From the NCBI GenBank assembly GCA_025594325.1, contig JANHCV010000005.1:620001-684000 (forward strand): DNA of 64,000 nt, read 5' to 3'. The stretch comes from Blastocladiella emersonii ATCC 22665. Its lineage: Eukaryota > Fungi > Blastocladiomycota. The position numbers and the translations under genes are program-made. Shown one piece after another: positions 12,250 to 24,911 of this stretch. The number at the start of each line of letters is the position of its first letter. Position 1 is the first letter of the stretch. The notes under the pieces are model-generated. The model worked only from the letters and a program-made list of their open reading frames with translations, searched no databases and was not told the origin of the DNA.

Positions 12250-14471
12250 TCACACGATCCCAGCCTCGACCAGCAACCGCTCCGCCCACCCGCCCGCAAA
12301 CCCGCCAGCCGCCGTCGCCGCCTGTCCGACGCGCACGGCGAGCGCGGGCGTCCACGCAACGTCGACCTTGAGCGCGTCAGCCGCCGCAGGCTCGAGGACC
12401 GTCGCCGCGAGCGCGCGGACGTGCGCGACGACCTCGTCGGCGACGTGGTGCTGGACGAGCTGGCGGAGCTGGCGCGGGTCGGCCGCGACCACCACGTGCC
12501 GCCCGCTCTGCGGGACGCGCACCGTCACCGTCGATGGCGGCTGCAGCGCCATCTCGAACGGCGGCGCGCGCGTGCCGAGCGTCACGCGGACCAGCAGGCC
12601 GTCGGGGTCCTCCGAGTCTTCGGCGTCGGGGGTTTCGGGGGTAGGGCGGGGCGAGGTGGAGGCGAGCTCGATGTGCATGCGCACCGCGTCCGGGTCGGGG
12701 AGGCAGTACCGCACCGACTGCACGATCTGGTGCACCTGCGCCAGCACGTCGCGCGCGAAGACGCGGAACTGCACCCAGTCGACGAACCGGCCCAGCGCCA
12801 CGCCCTGGTTGAGCAGCAGCTCCTCGACAGCGAGCGGGCCCGCCGCCGCCACATCGACTGACTGCGGCGCCCGTGTTGGTGGGGGCGGGGTGCCCGCCGC
12901 GTCGCGCCGCCGCTTGCGCTTGCCGCCCTTGGCCTTGCCACCCGCGTCGCGCTCGTTGTCGTCGACTTCATCCTCGTCCTCCTCCTCAAGCGACACGTGC
13001 AGCTCGCCGTGGTGCCCGAGCGGGATGATGACGCGCTCGTCGCGCAGCGTGGCCGCCGCGGGCCCGCCCGCCGCCGCGACGCTGCTGCAGATCTCGGCAA
13101 ACCGCGCCTGCGCGAGGTAGTTTTCCTGCGCCCGCCGCAGCCGCGCGTCGAGCGGGTGTTCCAGCGCTGTCCGCACGCGGTGCGGGCGAGCGAGCGGTGC
13201 GACCGCCGGCGCCACCGTTGCCTTGGCCTCCGCATCCCCCGCAGCCGCGCTCGTTGTCTTGCGCGGGGCGTACGTAGCGCGGATCCGGCGCGTGGGCCCG
13301 CCGCCGAGCCCGAACGCGAGCCGGAGCGAGGGGGAGATCTCGACGACCTCGATGTTGCTGTCGAACGGCGTGAACTGGCCGGGGAGCACGCGCAGGATCT
13401 CGGCCTTGGCGAACGGCGTCGGGTACTCGGACAGCGCGTAGTCGACGTACATGCCGCCGCCGCCGCTCGCCGCTCCGCCGAGGTGGACCGGGCGCACGTG
13501 CAGCATCCAGTTGCGGTTGCGCAGCGCGACCGCGTGGTTGGCGAAGAAATGATCCTCGCTGTGCACGCCCTGCTGCAGGTCCTGCGCGCCCTTGCGTAGC
13601 GCGGCTGCGGCGGTCGAGAGCGCGCGGCGTTTCCGAGCGGCGACGAGCGCGAGGTCGTTGAGCTGGCGCGTCACGGGGAGCGGGGGTTTTGGGAGGGGGA
13701 CCGGGTGGATCGTCTTGAAGAAAACAGGGTCGTACTCGACGTCGGCCGGGAAGTCGGGCGGCGGCGGCGGGTTCTCCACCAGCATGTACACGAGCTGGCG
13801 CATGATCCCGAGCTCGTGCGTCGCTTGGCTACAGCCGGGGCGGTGGTGGGTAAGTGGACGATGCCGTCAGTGGTGAGCAGGAACACGCACTCGAGCTGCA
13901 TGCTGACCTGCCCGTGCAGCATCGCAATCTCCTCGGACGTCATGGACGACATGGGCGCGGGCGGCGTCGACTCCTTGGCCGCCGCGCCCGGCGGCTTGAC
14001 GGTGGACATGTCGTCGTCGTCCTCGTCGCTGCTGCTCTCGTCGTCGTCGCTGCTGCTGCTACCACTCTCCTCGTCCTCCTCGTCGTCTCCATCCGCCTTG
14101 GCATCACCCACCGCAGACGCAGGCAGCAGCCCGGGCACCTCGCCGTCAGCGTCCGGGTCGTCGAGCGTGTCGAAGAACACCTGCCGCTTGCGCTTCAGCG
14201 CGGCCCAGTCGAGCTTCTGGATGTTGGCGATCAGCTGCTGCGCGGGCGTCTCCTTGCTACAAGCGATGACGCGTCAGCCGCGCCCGACTATGTCGCAAGT
14301 CGAGAAGCCGTACGGAACAATGACATGGAACCCGTTGTGCGGGAAAATGTCCTGCACGATCGGCGCCGACTCGAACAGCGACGCCGCGGCCGCGGGAGGT
14401 GGAGCGCTGGGCGCGGCGGCGTTGTTGTTGCCGCCTGCGCCGCCGCCGTGTGGTGGGTCTGGATGGTTCAT
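12250..14471 (-). CDS. Probable Mediator subunit Med17 (Srb4)-like protein (multi-exon)
   Basis: Spliced ORF with an acidic tract, then QLE/QATHELGIMRQLV, RKRRALSTAAAALRKGAQDL..SEDHFF..LRNRNWML and MYVDYALS..F.KAEILR, recalling the Med17 N-terminal pattern. Family assignment is by recall only. Confidence 0.5.
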
Positions 14472-15039
14472 TTGCGTTGCATAGAGTCTCCGCTCGGGGA
14501 GAGGCAGTGGTTTGAAAACGCGTGGGTGAGAAGAGAAAGGTCGCGGCGACGGGCGTGGCGCGCGGGTCACGGCGATCGTGTCTCGCATCGCTCACGTGAT
14601 TGTTCGATGCGTCCACGGCCGCGAGTGGCAGGGTTTTCGAGGCAGCCGAGCCCTCCAGCCCTGTTGAGAGCCTTAAGGTTGGACCGCCGGCCAAGACCGG
14701 GTCGAGATCGAGGCCTCAACGCGTGCTCAAGGATTGCTTGCGTTGCGTGACGGGTCGCCAGCGTGTACCGCATTGGCACCGCGCTTTGACGGGCAGAGTG
14801 CTTGCATCGTGTTAACGGTTGGCTGAAACAATTATATATTGGCCACAAAAGGCCGGTGAGGCAACGAAAGAAAATCAATACTGCAACGAGCAACCAATGG
14901 ACAACGAGCAACAATGACGCGGCCTACCGGTAATACCAATCATCGCGAAGGTCGTCGATCTCCCAGTACTCGAGTCCACGGTACTCGCGCGGGAAATGGT
15001 CGTCCGGGTCGTCGGCTGGGTCACGGGGGAATTTCCACT

Positions 15040-15950
15040 TGGGTCCAGTCTTATCGCCCTGGCCTACCCAGCTGCGCGGCGCCCGTCCCGCACAAAGTCA
15101 GCGTGATGGGCAGCCGGTTAGCGAGCACACGCATGAAGTCTTCATCCGCGCAATTGCAGGTTACACGCGTCAGCGACTGCGGGAGCGGGTACCGCGCGAG
15201 CGCCCAGAGACCGCGACGTTTGACGGTCCACTTGGAGACGTCTAGGGTCTCGAGGCGAAGAGTCGAGGTTGAGGGCTTGCAGCCCGGTTGGGAGAGCAGC
15301 ATTGAGGGCTTGAACGGCGCCGTTCCTGAGGTCGTTATACGCAAAGTCCAGCGATTCGAGCGTGGCGGGGAACGGGCTGATCTCGAAAAGCGGCACCAGC
15401 GTCTGCTCGGGCCCCGCGATGGAACGGCGAGTCAAGGTGACCAAGTCGGAGGAAGCCAGTTGCCGATTTCGAAGGCGGTGTCGTCGATTGACTCAATTTG
15501 CGACTCGATGTCCTGGTTATGCTGGATGCGCTTGTTATATTGCGGATGGCAACGTCCGTTGCAGTTTTTTGGGTTACCCCTGTGAAGGCGATTGCAATCC
15601 CGGCTGTGCACTCCCTACAAAATTCTGCGCTTCAACATCTGGGCATCCGTCGCGCCCAGCGGATTTCGAGAGAGATTGAGATGCAGGACCGAGCCAGGAA
15701 GCTGGAGGAGGCGAACGCGGGCAAGGTCAAGGCCGCTGTCAACGAGCGAAACGCGCGTGACGCGCTGCAAGCGGCTGCCAAAGGCCGACACAAGACGGCG
15801 AGCGCCCCAATCGGTAATGTATCGCGAGTGAACCTCGATCGGGGTGACTTGGCCAGACACGATTGCGGGAGCGAGTAACGGCATGCCAAAGTTGCTAAGC
15901 TTGACATTCTCGGGCGTGCTCACCACCGCAGCGCCCCATCGCCTCAATTT
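15040..15950 (-). pseudogene. Degenerate leucine-rich-repeat (RNI-like LRR) gene
   Basis: LRR units in different minus-strand frames: LPGSVLHLNLSRNPLG, FPATLESLDFAYNDLRNGAVQALNAALPTGLQALNL, RLETLDVSK, LPQSLTRV. They are interrupted by stops and frameshifts. Confidence 0.7.
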
Positions 15951-16336
15951 ATCGTGCGTATAAGGCTTGCAGTCGGGCCCCAGAATACACTTGGCGGCGA
16001 GTCGACAAGTGTCGGGGATGAGAGCTCGCGGCAGGACGCGCAGGTACTCGCGCGAGCGACACGGCCAAGGAGAAGACGGTGTCGATCAAGTGCGGTATCT
16101 TAAAGGATGTTTTGATTGCAATACATGGAGTGGAGAAGAGCTGAGGAGAGAGGAAGAGCGGCGGGTGTGATCGCAAAAAATCACGGCGAGCAACGGTCAG
16201 GTGGGAGAACTCAATACACGTGTGTGGCGCAACGCGCTTACTCGTCGCCCACCTGTAGGAATTCGACGGCTGCGGGAGACTCAACGAGTCAAAAATCATA
16301 ACAGAAAACTCTTGCATTGAACACAACTCATCCAGT

Positions 16337-17536
16337 TTAGTTGACGAAAACCAGCTTGTTGGGAGTACCCTTGGTGCCCGTAATCTTGTTGGGCGTGGCC
16401 TTGCTGAGCAGCTGCGACACGACCTGCGACACCGTGAACGATGGGTTGGCGCCGAGAATTAGGCTGGCCGCGCCGGCGACGTGCGGCGACGCCATGGACG
16501 TGCCCGAGATGGTGTTGGTTGCGCCGTTGTTCCACGTCGACGTAATGGCGACGCCTGGCGCGATGATGTCGACGCACCCGCTGCCGTAGTTGGAAGAGGA
16601 CGCCAGCGCGTCCGTCTTGGTCGACGAGGCGACCGTCACGGCCGACGGCTCCGAGGCCGGCGACACGTTGCACGCGTCCTGCGACTCGTTGCCCGCGGCC
16701 ACGACTGCCACAACGCCCGGGTTGACGAGCGACTTGATGGCCGCGTTCACGGCGGCCGATTTTCCGCCACCGAGCGACATGTTGGCCACCGCCGTCTTGC
16801 CCGCGGCCTTGGCCTGCGCCGCGACCCAGTTGATGCCCGCGATCACGCCCGAGTTGGTGCCGCTGCCGTCATCGCCCAGGACCTTGACTGCGACGATCGA
16901 AGCAGCCTTGGCGACGCCGTACTTCTTGGACGCAATGGTCCCTGCGACGTGCGTGCCGTGCCCGTTGCCGTCGCCGTCGGACCACGACGCGTCGGCCTTG
17001 AACCCGAAGGTGGCGCGGCCCTCGAGCTCTGGGTGCGACACCAGCACGCCCGTGTCGATGACGTAGGCCGTGACGCCCGCGCCCGCCGAGTCCGGGTACG
17101 TGTAGCCCGCCGCCAGGTTGAGGTCGCGCTGGCCGACGCGCGTCAGGCCCCACGAGCCAGCAGGCGTCTGCGTCGCCGTCGCGTACACGGTTGCGTCGGC
17201 CTCGACCGCCGCCACCTTGCCGTTGGCCTGCAGCCGCTTGATGAGCCCCGGCGCAAAGGTGCCGGCGTAGCCCTTGAAGTCACCCAAGGTGTCAAACTCG
17301 TGGTCGATCTTGGAGATGACGCCACTATTCCCGGCCTCGCGCGCGTTCTCGGCAGCGACCTCGGCCTTGAGGGCGCGCGAGAAGGCCTTGAGGTCCGTCT
17401 CGCCCTTGAGCGTCACAATGTAGCGGTCCTTGAGCGACACGGGCGCGCGGACAGCGGGCGCTGGTGCCGCCTCAGTCGAAGTCGACGCCGTCGCGAGGAC
17501 GAGCGCGAGCGCGGCGATGAGGGCTAGGATCTGCAT
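16337..17536 (-). CDS. Secreted subtilisin-like serine protease (S8A, proteinase K type) with I9 prodomain
   Basis: Signal peptide; prodomain (YIVTLK...GYAG...VEADATV); catalytic triad motifs AYVIDTG, GHGTHVAGT, GTSMASPHVAG; oxyanion AAGN. Confidence 0.96.
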   Translation of the reverse strand: MQILALIAALALVLATASTSTEAAPAPAVRAPVSLKDRYIVTLKGETDLKAFSRALKAEVAAENAREAGNSGVISKIDHEFDTLGDFKGYAGTFAPGLIKRLQANGKVAAVEADATVYATATQTPAGSWGLTRVGQRDLNLAAGYTYPDSAGAGVTAYVIDTGVLVSHPELEGRATFGFKADASWSDGDGNGHGTHVAGTIASKKYGVAKAASIVAVKVLGDDGSGTNSGVIAGINWVAAQAKAAGKTAVANMSLGGGKSAAVNAAIKSLVNPGVVAVVAAGNESQDACNVSPASEPSAVTVASSTKTDALASSSNYGSGCVDIIAPGVAITSTWNNGATNTISGTSMASPHVAGAASLILGANPSFTVSQVVSQLLSKATPNKITGTKGTPNKLVFVN

Positions 17537-18047
17537 GGTGTAGTAGTGGGTAGTCGATTCAGTGCGTCTAGCGGCGAAGCTCTTTGGATGTCTTGCTGTC
17601 CTGCTAAATTTTTGTTCAGGGGATCTGGCCGGTATTTATCGAGCGAGCGGGGCGGGCGATTGACAATACTAATGCCGCGTTCGGTTCGCGACGAGACGGC
17701 TGCAGATCATTTTCGCGTGATTTTTTCGACTCATTTTTCGTGGGAATCGGGATCATGTCAAGAGACCAGTCTGCTGATCGCAGTTACGGTGGTGGCGGTC
17801 GCATGGAACAAGATCCCACGAGTCCATGGGGCAGTGAAGTCGCGTGCATCTGTGCACCGAATGCGCGCAATCATCGTCGGATCGGATGGCAAAGCCCTTT
17901 TGGTAGCTCGCGAGGGATGTTCAAATCGCCATGGTTCGGACCACGCCAATTGCAGCCCGCCGCGAGGATGCGCGACTCGCGCGGATTCGAAGGAGGCGTT
18001 GGCACGCACGTCGCGTCATCACCAAATCGTGCCCCAGACATTTGAAG

Positions 18048-18304
18048 TGGATCCACCCTGGATCCAGCCGTGGACTGGATGGACCTCGGGGGAATGTGGA
18101 TCCCGATATTACTTTTCTGGATCAAGCGTGGATCCAGCTTGGGCGAGCTGGATCCACCCGCAAACCGTGCGGACCTCTCAGATGGATCCAGCTTTTGGTC
18201 AAGGTGGATCTCGAGCTTGATCCAGCAATGAATTCGCCTCGCCTCGGCGTGGATCAGGCCAGGGACCAAGGCGTCGCTCACGGCTCAATATATCCGGATC
18301 CAGG
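18048..18304. repeat. Array of ~11 palindromic TGGATCCA-like motifs (left subterminal)
   Basis: tggatcca at 18048, 18059, 18129, 18149 and 18183, plus variants (tggatccc, tggatcaa, tggatctc, ttgatcca, tggatcag, cggatcca). Confidence 0.9.
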
Positions 18305-20266
18305 TCGCGGCCCATCGATGATTCCAGCTCTCAAACCGCGCGATTTATCCGCGAATCGAGTGCGATACAGGTAGACCGTTGGCGGGGAAGAGGATGAGGG
18401 AGGATGAGAGAGGTAACCCTGTGCCGGTGATCCTCGCGGCCAGCTTGATGACGAGCGAGCGGAATGTAACCGCATATGGCCTACGATGCGGAGGAGAGAT
18501 CATTGTGAGCGCAGAGTCGGTCATCAGCGAGGCAATGAACGCGTACCGTGACGCCTCGAGTGCACCTTGGACCCGTCCTCGAACCCGCAGCAGCTGGCGC
18601 CTTTGGCCACGACGGCAGGTTCGTGAGCTTGCTCGCCATGAACTAGACAGGAGGGAATCATCTGCGTAAGTCGGAGACCGTGATGGGCGAGGACGAGTCG
18701 CGTACCTCGATCATGAACGAGTACGCCGTCGGGTGCGTGCTTGAGAGCAACGCCGACCAGTTGATGGGCGAGCGCCGCAGCAGCTTGTCGCGGTAGACCG
18801 AGGCTACGGGTCGCGTAGCGGAGACGAGTGAGCAGAGGGTCAGGCGAAGAGTACAGTCACGCGAGCGCGTGGGCTGCGTCACAGAGACCCGGGCCGACGA
18901 CACAAGCGAGAATGCTTGGGGATTCGAAGCTCGGCGGTGCCCGCACGCAGCGCGAGTCGCACCGACAACGCGAAAGAGAAGCACCGTACCGCGTGGACTT
19001 GAGCGTGCCGTAGGCGTGGGAACGCGGCGTGAACATCGAGTGCGGCGGGCGCGAGTCCCGTCGATGTGTGCAGGGCGTGTCGACGGACTTGATGCATGAC
19101 TCCGGATGCACGTCGCGTGGGAAGAGCGGCCGAGAAGAAGCGGAGAGACGCGTACCGTAGGGGCCACCGTGCGGCGCGGGCCTGTGGTGGCGCCGGGCGG
19201 ATACGCGTCGACGCGAGATGCATGGAGGCCGAGGGATGACGGTGCAAGCGGTTGCACGAGGTCGCGAGTGTCGAGTGGGTCGATAGCATGGTTGTTGGTG
19301 GTGGGGCGAGGGAGCGCGAGCCGCCGCGGCGCAGAGTCCGCTAAAGCGAACGCGGCCGAAACGAGCAACGCGCTCACACGTGACGTTAGTTTCAACGCGT
19401 TTTGCTCCTCCCTTCGCTGCGGCGGCGCTCTCTCCTCCCGGCGACACGACTGCGACGTCGCACTCTATGATTAATCCATGAATTACTTGCTGCAAGCATT
19501 TGGCCGTGCCGTGAGCGTTCGAACTTGGTCGATGGGACCTTGTCGGCGGGCAAGCCAAGTCGCAACGCTACCCTCGCGAAGAAGGTCGTTACGGCGGTCG
19601 CAAGGACTCTCGCATCTTGAAGCTTTATGAGTCGCATGTGAGGTGTTGAGCGCGCCGTTGCCCTCCGTTGCGCTTGGTCGAGCGCAAACCGCGCACCTGG
19701 CTCGTCGACCTGGAGTTGGACGGACAGCATTCGGCTTGATATCACAGCTCTCAAGCAGTTTCACCTCTGCTAGACGGGGCCTCGCGTAGTTGTGCCGGGT
19801 CTCTACGCCGCGCAGACGCTAGCTCTCCGCCCTACGTGCGAGTTCCACAGCGTGCCCGTTTGGCCGTATCGGCCTTCCTTCACGTCGCGCCGAACGGGAA
19901 CCGGCCATCGTCGGCGCACCAGGGCGGGTACGCCGAGTACCTCATCAACGCGCACGAGACGCTGCGAGCCTCACGCTGCTCATGATGCCGCAGCTCGCCA
20001 ATTCGCTCGACTTTGTGGACCACCGCGAACACGACGTTTGGTGACGGGCTCAAGCTCACCTTGCAGCAGCACGAACACGTCTAGTTGCGTTCGGCTCCCT
20101 AAAATGCTTTGCTGGGTCGTTGAGACCATTTCGATACATTTTCGCATGAGTTCCTTCATCACCATGGTCACCGTTGATCAGCTCCTGGTTTCGCCTGCGC
20201 ACGAGTTGGATTTAGACGTTGATCAACGCGTAGAACTACTTTTACAACAAGTTGACCCAGGGCGCG

Positions 20267-20467
20267 TGGATCAAGGTGTGGGTCCACATTGTTGAAAGTG
20301 GATCAATGTCTCGATCCAGGTCGCCGCCAAGCTCATTCGAGCTCATCTCAGTCAAGGCTGGATCCACCTTTCATGATGGTGGATCCAGTCTGCAAAACCT
20401 GGATCCAGCGCTAGATTAATGCTGGATCCAGCGCTGGAAGGCTCGAGGTGGATCCACCCTGGATCCA
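20267..20467. repeat. Array of ~10 palindromic TGGATCCA-like motifs (right subterminal)
   Basis: tggatcca at about 20359, 20380, 20400, 20423, 20449 and 20460, plus variants. The 20-mer gtggatccaccctggatcca is shared with the left array. Confidence 0.9.
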
Positions 20468-21730
20468 TGGGGCCTCAGCAGGCGCGGTTTGGTGATGGTG
20501 GGATCAGATCCCCATCACGAGTGCGTTCCTGGAGCGTGCTGGCGGGCGCCAAGTTCGAGTGCTCGCAACTTGTGCGTGATCCCGCAGTGCTCAAATGACC
20601 GTCCAGCTTGTGAGGTCGAGGCCGAACGTGAGACATCAAGTTGAACGGCCCACCCAATGCTTACCGTTGTCACGCGGTGGTGCGGGTGTGGCGCAGCGCG
20701 TCCTGCTCAGCACCAAGTCTGAGCCCTATTACTAACTCCCACGAACACACATTTTCAGTTGCAGTTGCTCAACATATTTCCGAGGAAGTTGAGCTGACCG
20801 CGGGTATTGGATGCAGCTCAATGAGCACACGATCGATGGCTGGCCGGGGATCGCTCAAAACGTGCTGTAGACTGGGATTCGCAGGAATGTGGCCTCAAGG
20901 GCGTCCCTCTCCTCAGTTGCGAGCGTTGTGTCACGGGAAGTGATCTCATCAAGATAAGCGCCTTCATGCTCATGCGCTAAGGGTACCGTTTCCGGACCGT
21001 CAGGTACAAGCTGCCCTCGCGTCAGGGGTGGCTCGCCATTCAAGACAAGTTCAAGTACCGCCCAGCGACGGGGCGAATGCGAAAGTCAAGCGGGACGCGG
21101 ACAGCCCGAGAGTCCCGAGTGCGATTGCTGGGGCTGTGTGAAAGGTCGTGATTGTGTTCGGCTCTCCGTCCTCGAGCCTTGCATCCGATGCAGCCAAAGC
21201 CGACGAAAACTCGAGTCAGAGGTGCTCCGCGATGCGTGGCGTCCGTCAGAGGGACCCGGCCGCATCAGCGAGCCGAACCTCGGTTCGAATAGATGCCGCA
21301 GGTTTCGGGACTTGAGCACGCACTCTCTATCGCAGCAGGTCCAAGGATTTGAGAGAAGTGGAGCGGGAGGCTGCACCGGGCCTGTGCGTGGCGCGTCTCG
21401 GGACCCGGGGCGAAGCATGGTGTACATTCGGCACAGGTGTCCTGGCTGCCCACGGCGACCAGCGCATGGTGAGGGTCCGAAAAGCATAATGCAGCAAGTG
21501 GTGGTTGTGCTTCAAGGGATTCGTTCGCGGTGGAGCGGCGAGAGGGGGAGCGAGGACCGCCGGCTCGACGCGGCGTTCATGGCGACGTCGGGCTCGGCAC
21601 TCCACGCTGTGAGGGCCGTTGGCAGCACTCTGGCTGAGCAACAGGCACCGCTGACATGGCGCACAGAAGAACAAGGGCGAAGATCGCGTGAGTTAACCCG
21701 GCGGGGGGCCGATGTTCGCGGCCATCTCAC

Positions 21731-21758
21731 GCGACGCGACGCGACGCGACGCGACGCG
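21731..21758. repeat. (GCGAC)5 pentanucleotide microsatellite
   Basis: gcgacgcgacgcgacgcgacgcgacgcg read directly. Confidence 0.9.
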
Positions 21759-24700
21759 TCGAGAGGAAACGGCGTGCGCGTTGCATCGGAAGGCGTCCGT
21801 GGACGTCGTTGAGCAGTTGCAACGCTCGTCGGATCAAGTTCTCTCCCTTGAAGTCATGCAGCAAAATGTAAGGCTTCCACCGTCGGACCCGCCGACGATG
21901 AGGTGGGGTCGCGAGGCGAGCGACATGCGGCAGGGCGGGATGGGCGGGGAGCCGCGAGATGGATCGAGTTGTTGTGCTCGCGACTGAGCGGCATGAAGTC
22001 GATGTGGACATGAAGCGGATCCGAGCAGCGCTGCGAGTGCAGAGAGCGGTGGCGATCGTGCCCGTTGGATGCGCACAGGGGGCGTTTCGTGGCGTCCACT
22101 CGGGGCCCGATCTCCTCGCTCGGCCGTGTCAGGGCGTCCCAAAGAGCGTCACGCAGAGTTACGACCGCCGATCGAGTCCCGCGCGGCGACCCGAACCGAC
22201 ACACAGTGTCCCGCGCGTGCAGAGGCGGCAGGCGGTAAGGGCGGCCGCGGGGGCGCCGTTGCGGGCAGTCGCGGAGGTTTATTGCGGTCCATGGCACCCT
22301 CAGACGCCTGTGAACGCGCCGGCGAGGGAGAGACGGAGGGCGGGACGGCCGCTGTCGTCAGCGTGGGTGAGAAGCGCGGTGACGCCACGGCGTGTCCCGT
22401 GCGGCTGTGGCGCAACGCGCTCACCCGCGCGCATCGTGGAACAACTCGACGGGTCCACGGCCGTGCCAGTGCACGCGATGAGCTCCCGTGTCAGCATGAG
22501 CGACTTGGTGGAGCCTCGTTTGGTGATCCTGAGGTCGACGCGAGGCGAAAGTCGCTCTGCATGACGGTCACCGGGAGTCAGGTGCGCGCGCAAAATTGTC
22601 TCGCAGCTGTCGGATACGCGTCGGAGAGACGCGCCACCCGCGCTTGTATCCAGAGACGCGTCGCGCCGACGCGTCGGAAAACTTGTTCTCTCGTCACAAC
22701 CCGTCGACTCCTTGCAATGCCATCAACCCTTCCCCTTCCGCACGCGTGTCCCTGCAACATCACCCACAACTACTCGTCGTGCTCGCGACCCGCGCCCCAC
22801 GTCGCACAACGCGCGAGATCACTCTCTTCGCAAGACCGCGTACTCGGACGCGGTCGGCCGTTCCATGGACGGGTACGCGAGTAGTCGCACCAGTCCCGCG
22901 CCGTCGATACTGACCCGCTCGTCCGTCCGTGTGTGCTGATCGGGCGTGGCCACATGACTACCGTATCACGATCCCTGCCTCCCCGCCAGCGACAATCTTC
23001 GAGTTCGCGGTCATGTTCGGCGGCGGCACCTTTGCTACATCTGGTACGAAAAGGGCACGCTTAGCGGCGTCTGCTGATGCGGCGCACATCGTTCTAAGCA
23101 GGCATCCACGCTCCTCCTCCTCACCGTCCAGCTGGTACATGCTCCGACTCGCGGCGCTGTCATCGAACCGCGTCGCCGTCTGGGATCGATGCGTCAAGAT
23201 GCAGGTCAAGCTCGACGCGGATCGCGTACGTTCAGTAGCGACTGCTGATCGGTTCCGGTGCGCGTGTGCTCACGACATCCATCGCTCGGCTTGTCACTGA
23301 CCTGGGTCGGCGGCTTCCGCGTAGCAGCGACAACTTCGAGCTCGCACTCGGGCGTACTGGCTGCGGCGATGACGGGCTGTTCCGCGATCATCAACTGCTC
23401 CTCGTGTTTCTCGCCCAGTTCTCGCAGCGAGGCCGCTTCCTCTCGACGTTTGCCTCTCAAGCAGAGCGACGGTACGAGTTTTCATGGTCTCGTAGTGGCC
23501 GCCATGCACTCATCGCGTACCCATGTCCGATCCTGTAGTATCCGTTGCGCGGCTGCCCGCGGCGGGAGTTGTGCGCGCAAGTTCGAGGGACCGACTCGCT
23601 CGGCTACTACTGCGGCAACAACACGCTACGCCGACGCCGCAAGTCGGCCGCGCTCGACGCTCACGTTCCACGTACGGCATGACGCTCCTCGAACGACCGT
23701 GTGGCGCAAGTCCAAGACGGCGGGCGGCGTACATTGCCCTGAATGAATGGTACGTGTCGTCGCTTCGCTTAGGTCGACGCGAAAAGTATCACTGATGAGC
23801 ACTCACATCTCGCTGATGCTGCATTTCTTCTCCAGATCCTCGCCGTGACTCTCGATTCCGGCGACTCGTGCTCCTCAGCAACACACGGCGACCCGAGCAC
23901 CAGTATGCGCGCGTTCAAGGCCAGCAGCAGCAGCATCCGGCGTAGGCAAGCTCGCGCTCATCGAGAAGCTCGACACTCGCGCAGGGACTCGCTCGCTGAT
24001 CGGGATCCAGCGCGCGGCCACGGCCATGGCCATGGTGACTCGGGCCGCGGGTCGTCCAGCAAGGAGCAGCAGCAGCAGCAGTCCAAACTGACCATCGTCG
24101 TCCATCGCCGAGACCACTCCACGCTTCCGATTTGGCCCTTGACTATGGATTGCCGTGACTCGGCACACCACCAAGAGTTTGCCTGCTACTTTCTATGACT
24201 TCCGAAGCGCTCGCTCAACGATCAAATCGAGTCCGCTTTCGCTAGTCTCACTGCTTCCTCTCGTATTTTTGCCTGGGCGTACTCGCAAGCTTGGTCGCCG
24301 ATTCCTTGCCTTTCCCGCTCAGTCGGAGATGGCGCATTGCGCTGCTCATGCTCCATGCTGCGACCCGCGCGTCCTTGAGTTTTTCTCATCAGTGGTGGGC
24401 TCTGAGCCAAGGCCCAACGACGAGCTTCCAGATTGATTTTTCGCCATCACTTGTCATAAAGTCAACAGGAACAGATGCTACGCCCGCGCTCCTCGTCAGC
24501 GGATGAACAAGCTGACGCTGCGAGCAAGTAAAATGATCGGTAAACCATCGTAAGCCGCAACAGATCGTTGATTTTTTCTTCAACAATGTTGTGCTCGTCG
24601 CTGAATTTAAGACTTGTGATGCGCGGAGCGTGCGACGCGTGACGCGCTGCGCCACAGCTGCGCCACGGCGTGACCACGGCGTGCTCTGAGTGGTCGCGGT

Positions 24701-24911
24701 CTGCACTGCTCATCATCGCGTCTCGCATGTCTCGCACTGCGCCCACGGCTCCGTCAGTCGGTCCTGTGCCCCCTTCGTTGCACTCGCGGAGTCCTCGCCG
24801 CATGCGTGTCACCTCCGATCGTATAAATCCGGGCTGTACCCCGCTCTCCCACCGCTTGTTTAACACGCTTGCATACCTTGCTCACGTATCCGACGAACCT
24901 AATATCAAAGA

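Larger units (their letters stand above)
18017..20497. mobile_element. Degenerate DNA transposon with 17-bp imperfect TIRs and subterminal TGGATCCA arrays
   Basis: CATCACCAAATCGTGCC (18017-18033) vs the reverse complement of GGCGCGGTTTGGTGATG (20481-20497): 15/17 match. GT flanks both ends. About 10 TGGATCCA-like motifs sit inside each end. The interior has no intact ORF. Confidence 0.62.

Noticed and set aside
18048-18304. TGGATCCA arrays as a CRISPR-like repeat-spacer array
   Set aside because: The repeat is only 8 bp with irregular spacing (3-40 bp) and there are no cas genes. Paired subterminal arrays of a transposon explain it better.
21950-22030. PLHVHIDFMPL resembling a retroviral integrase core start
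   Set aside because: No downstream D,D(35)E residues, no RT/RNase H remnants and no LTRs.
22810-22880. HSLRKT...GRSMDGY resembling a tyrosine-recombinase (Crypton/DIRS) box II
   Set aside because: The spacing to the putative His/Tyr is too short, no box I Arg region was found, and the frame is short.
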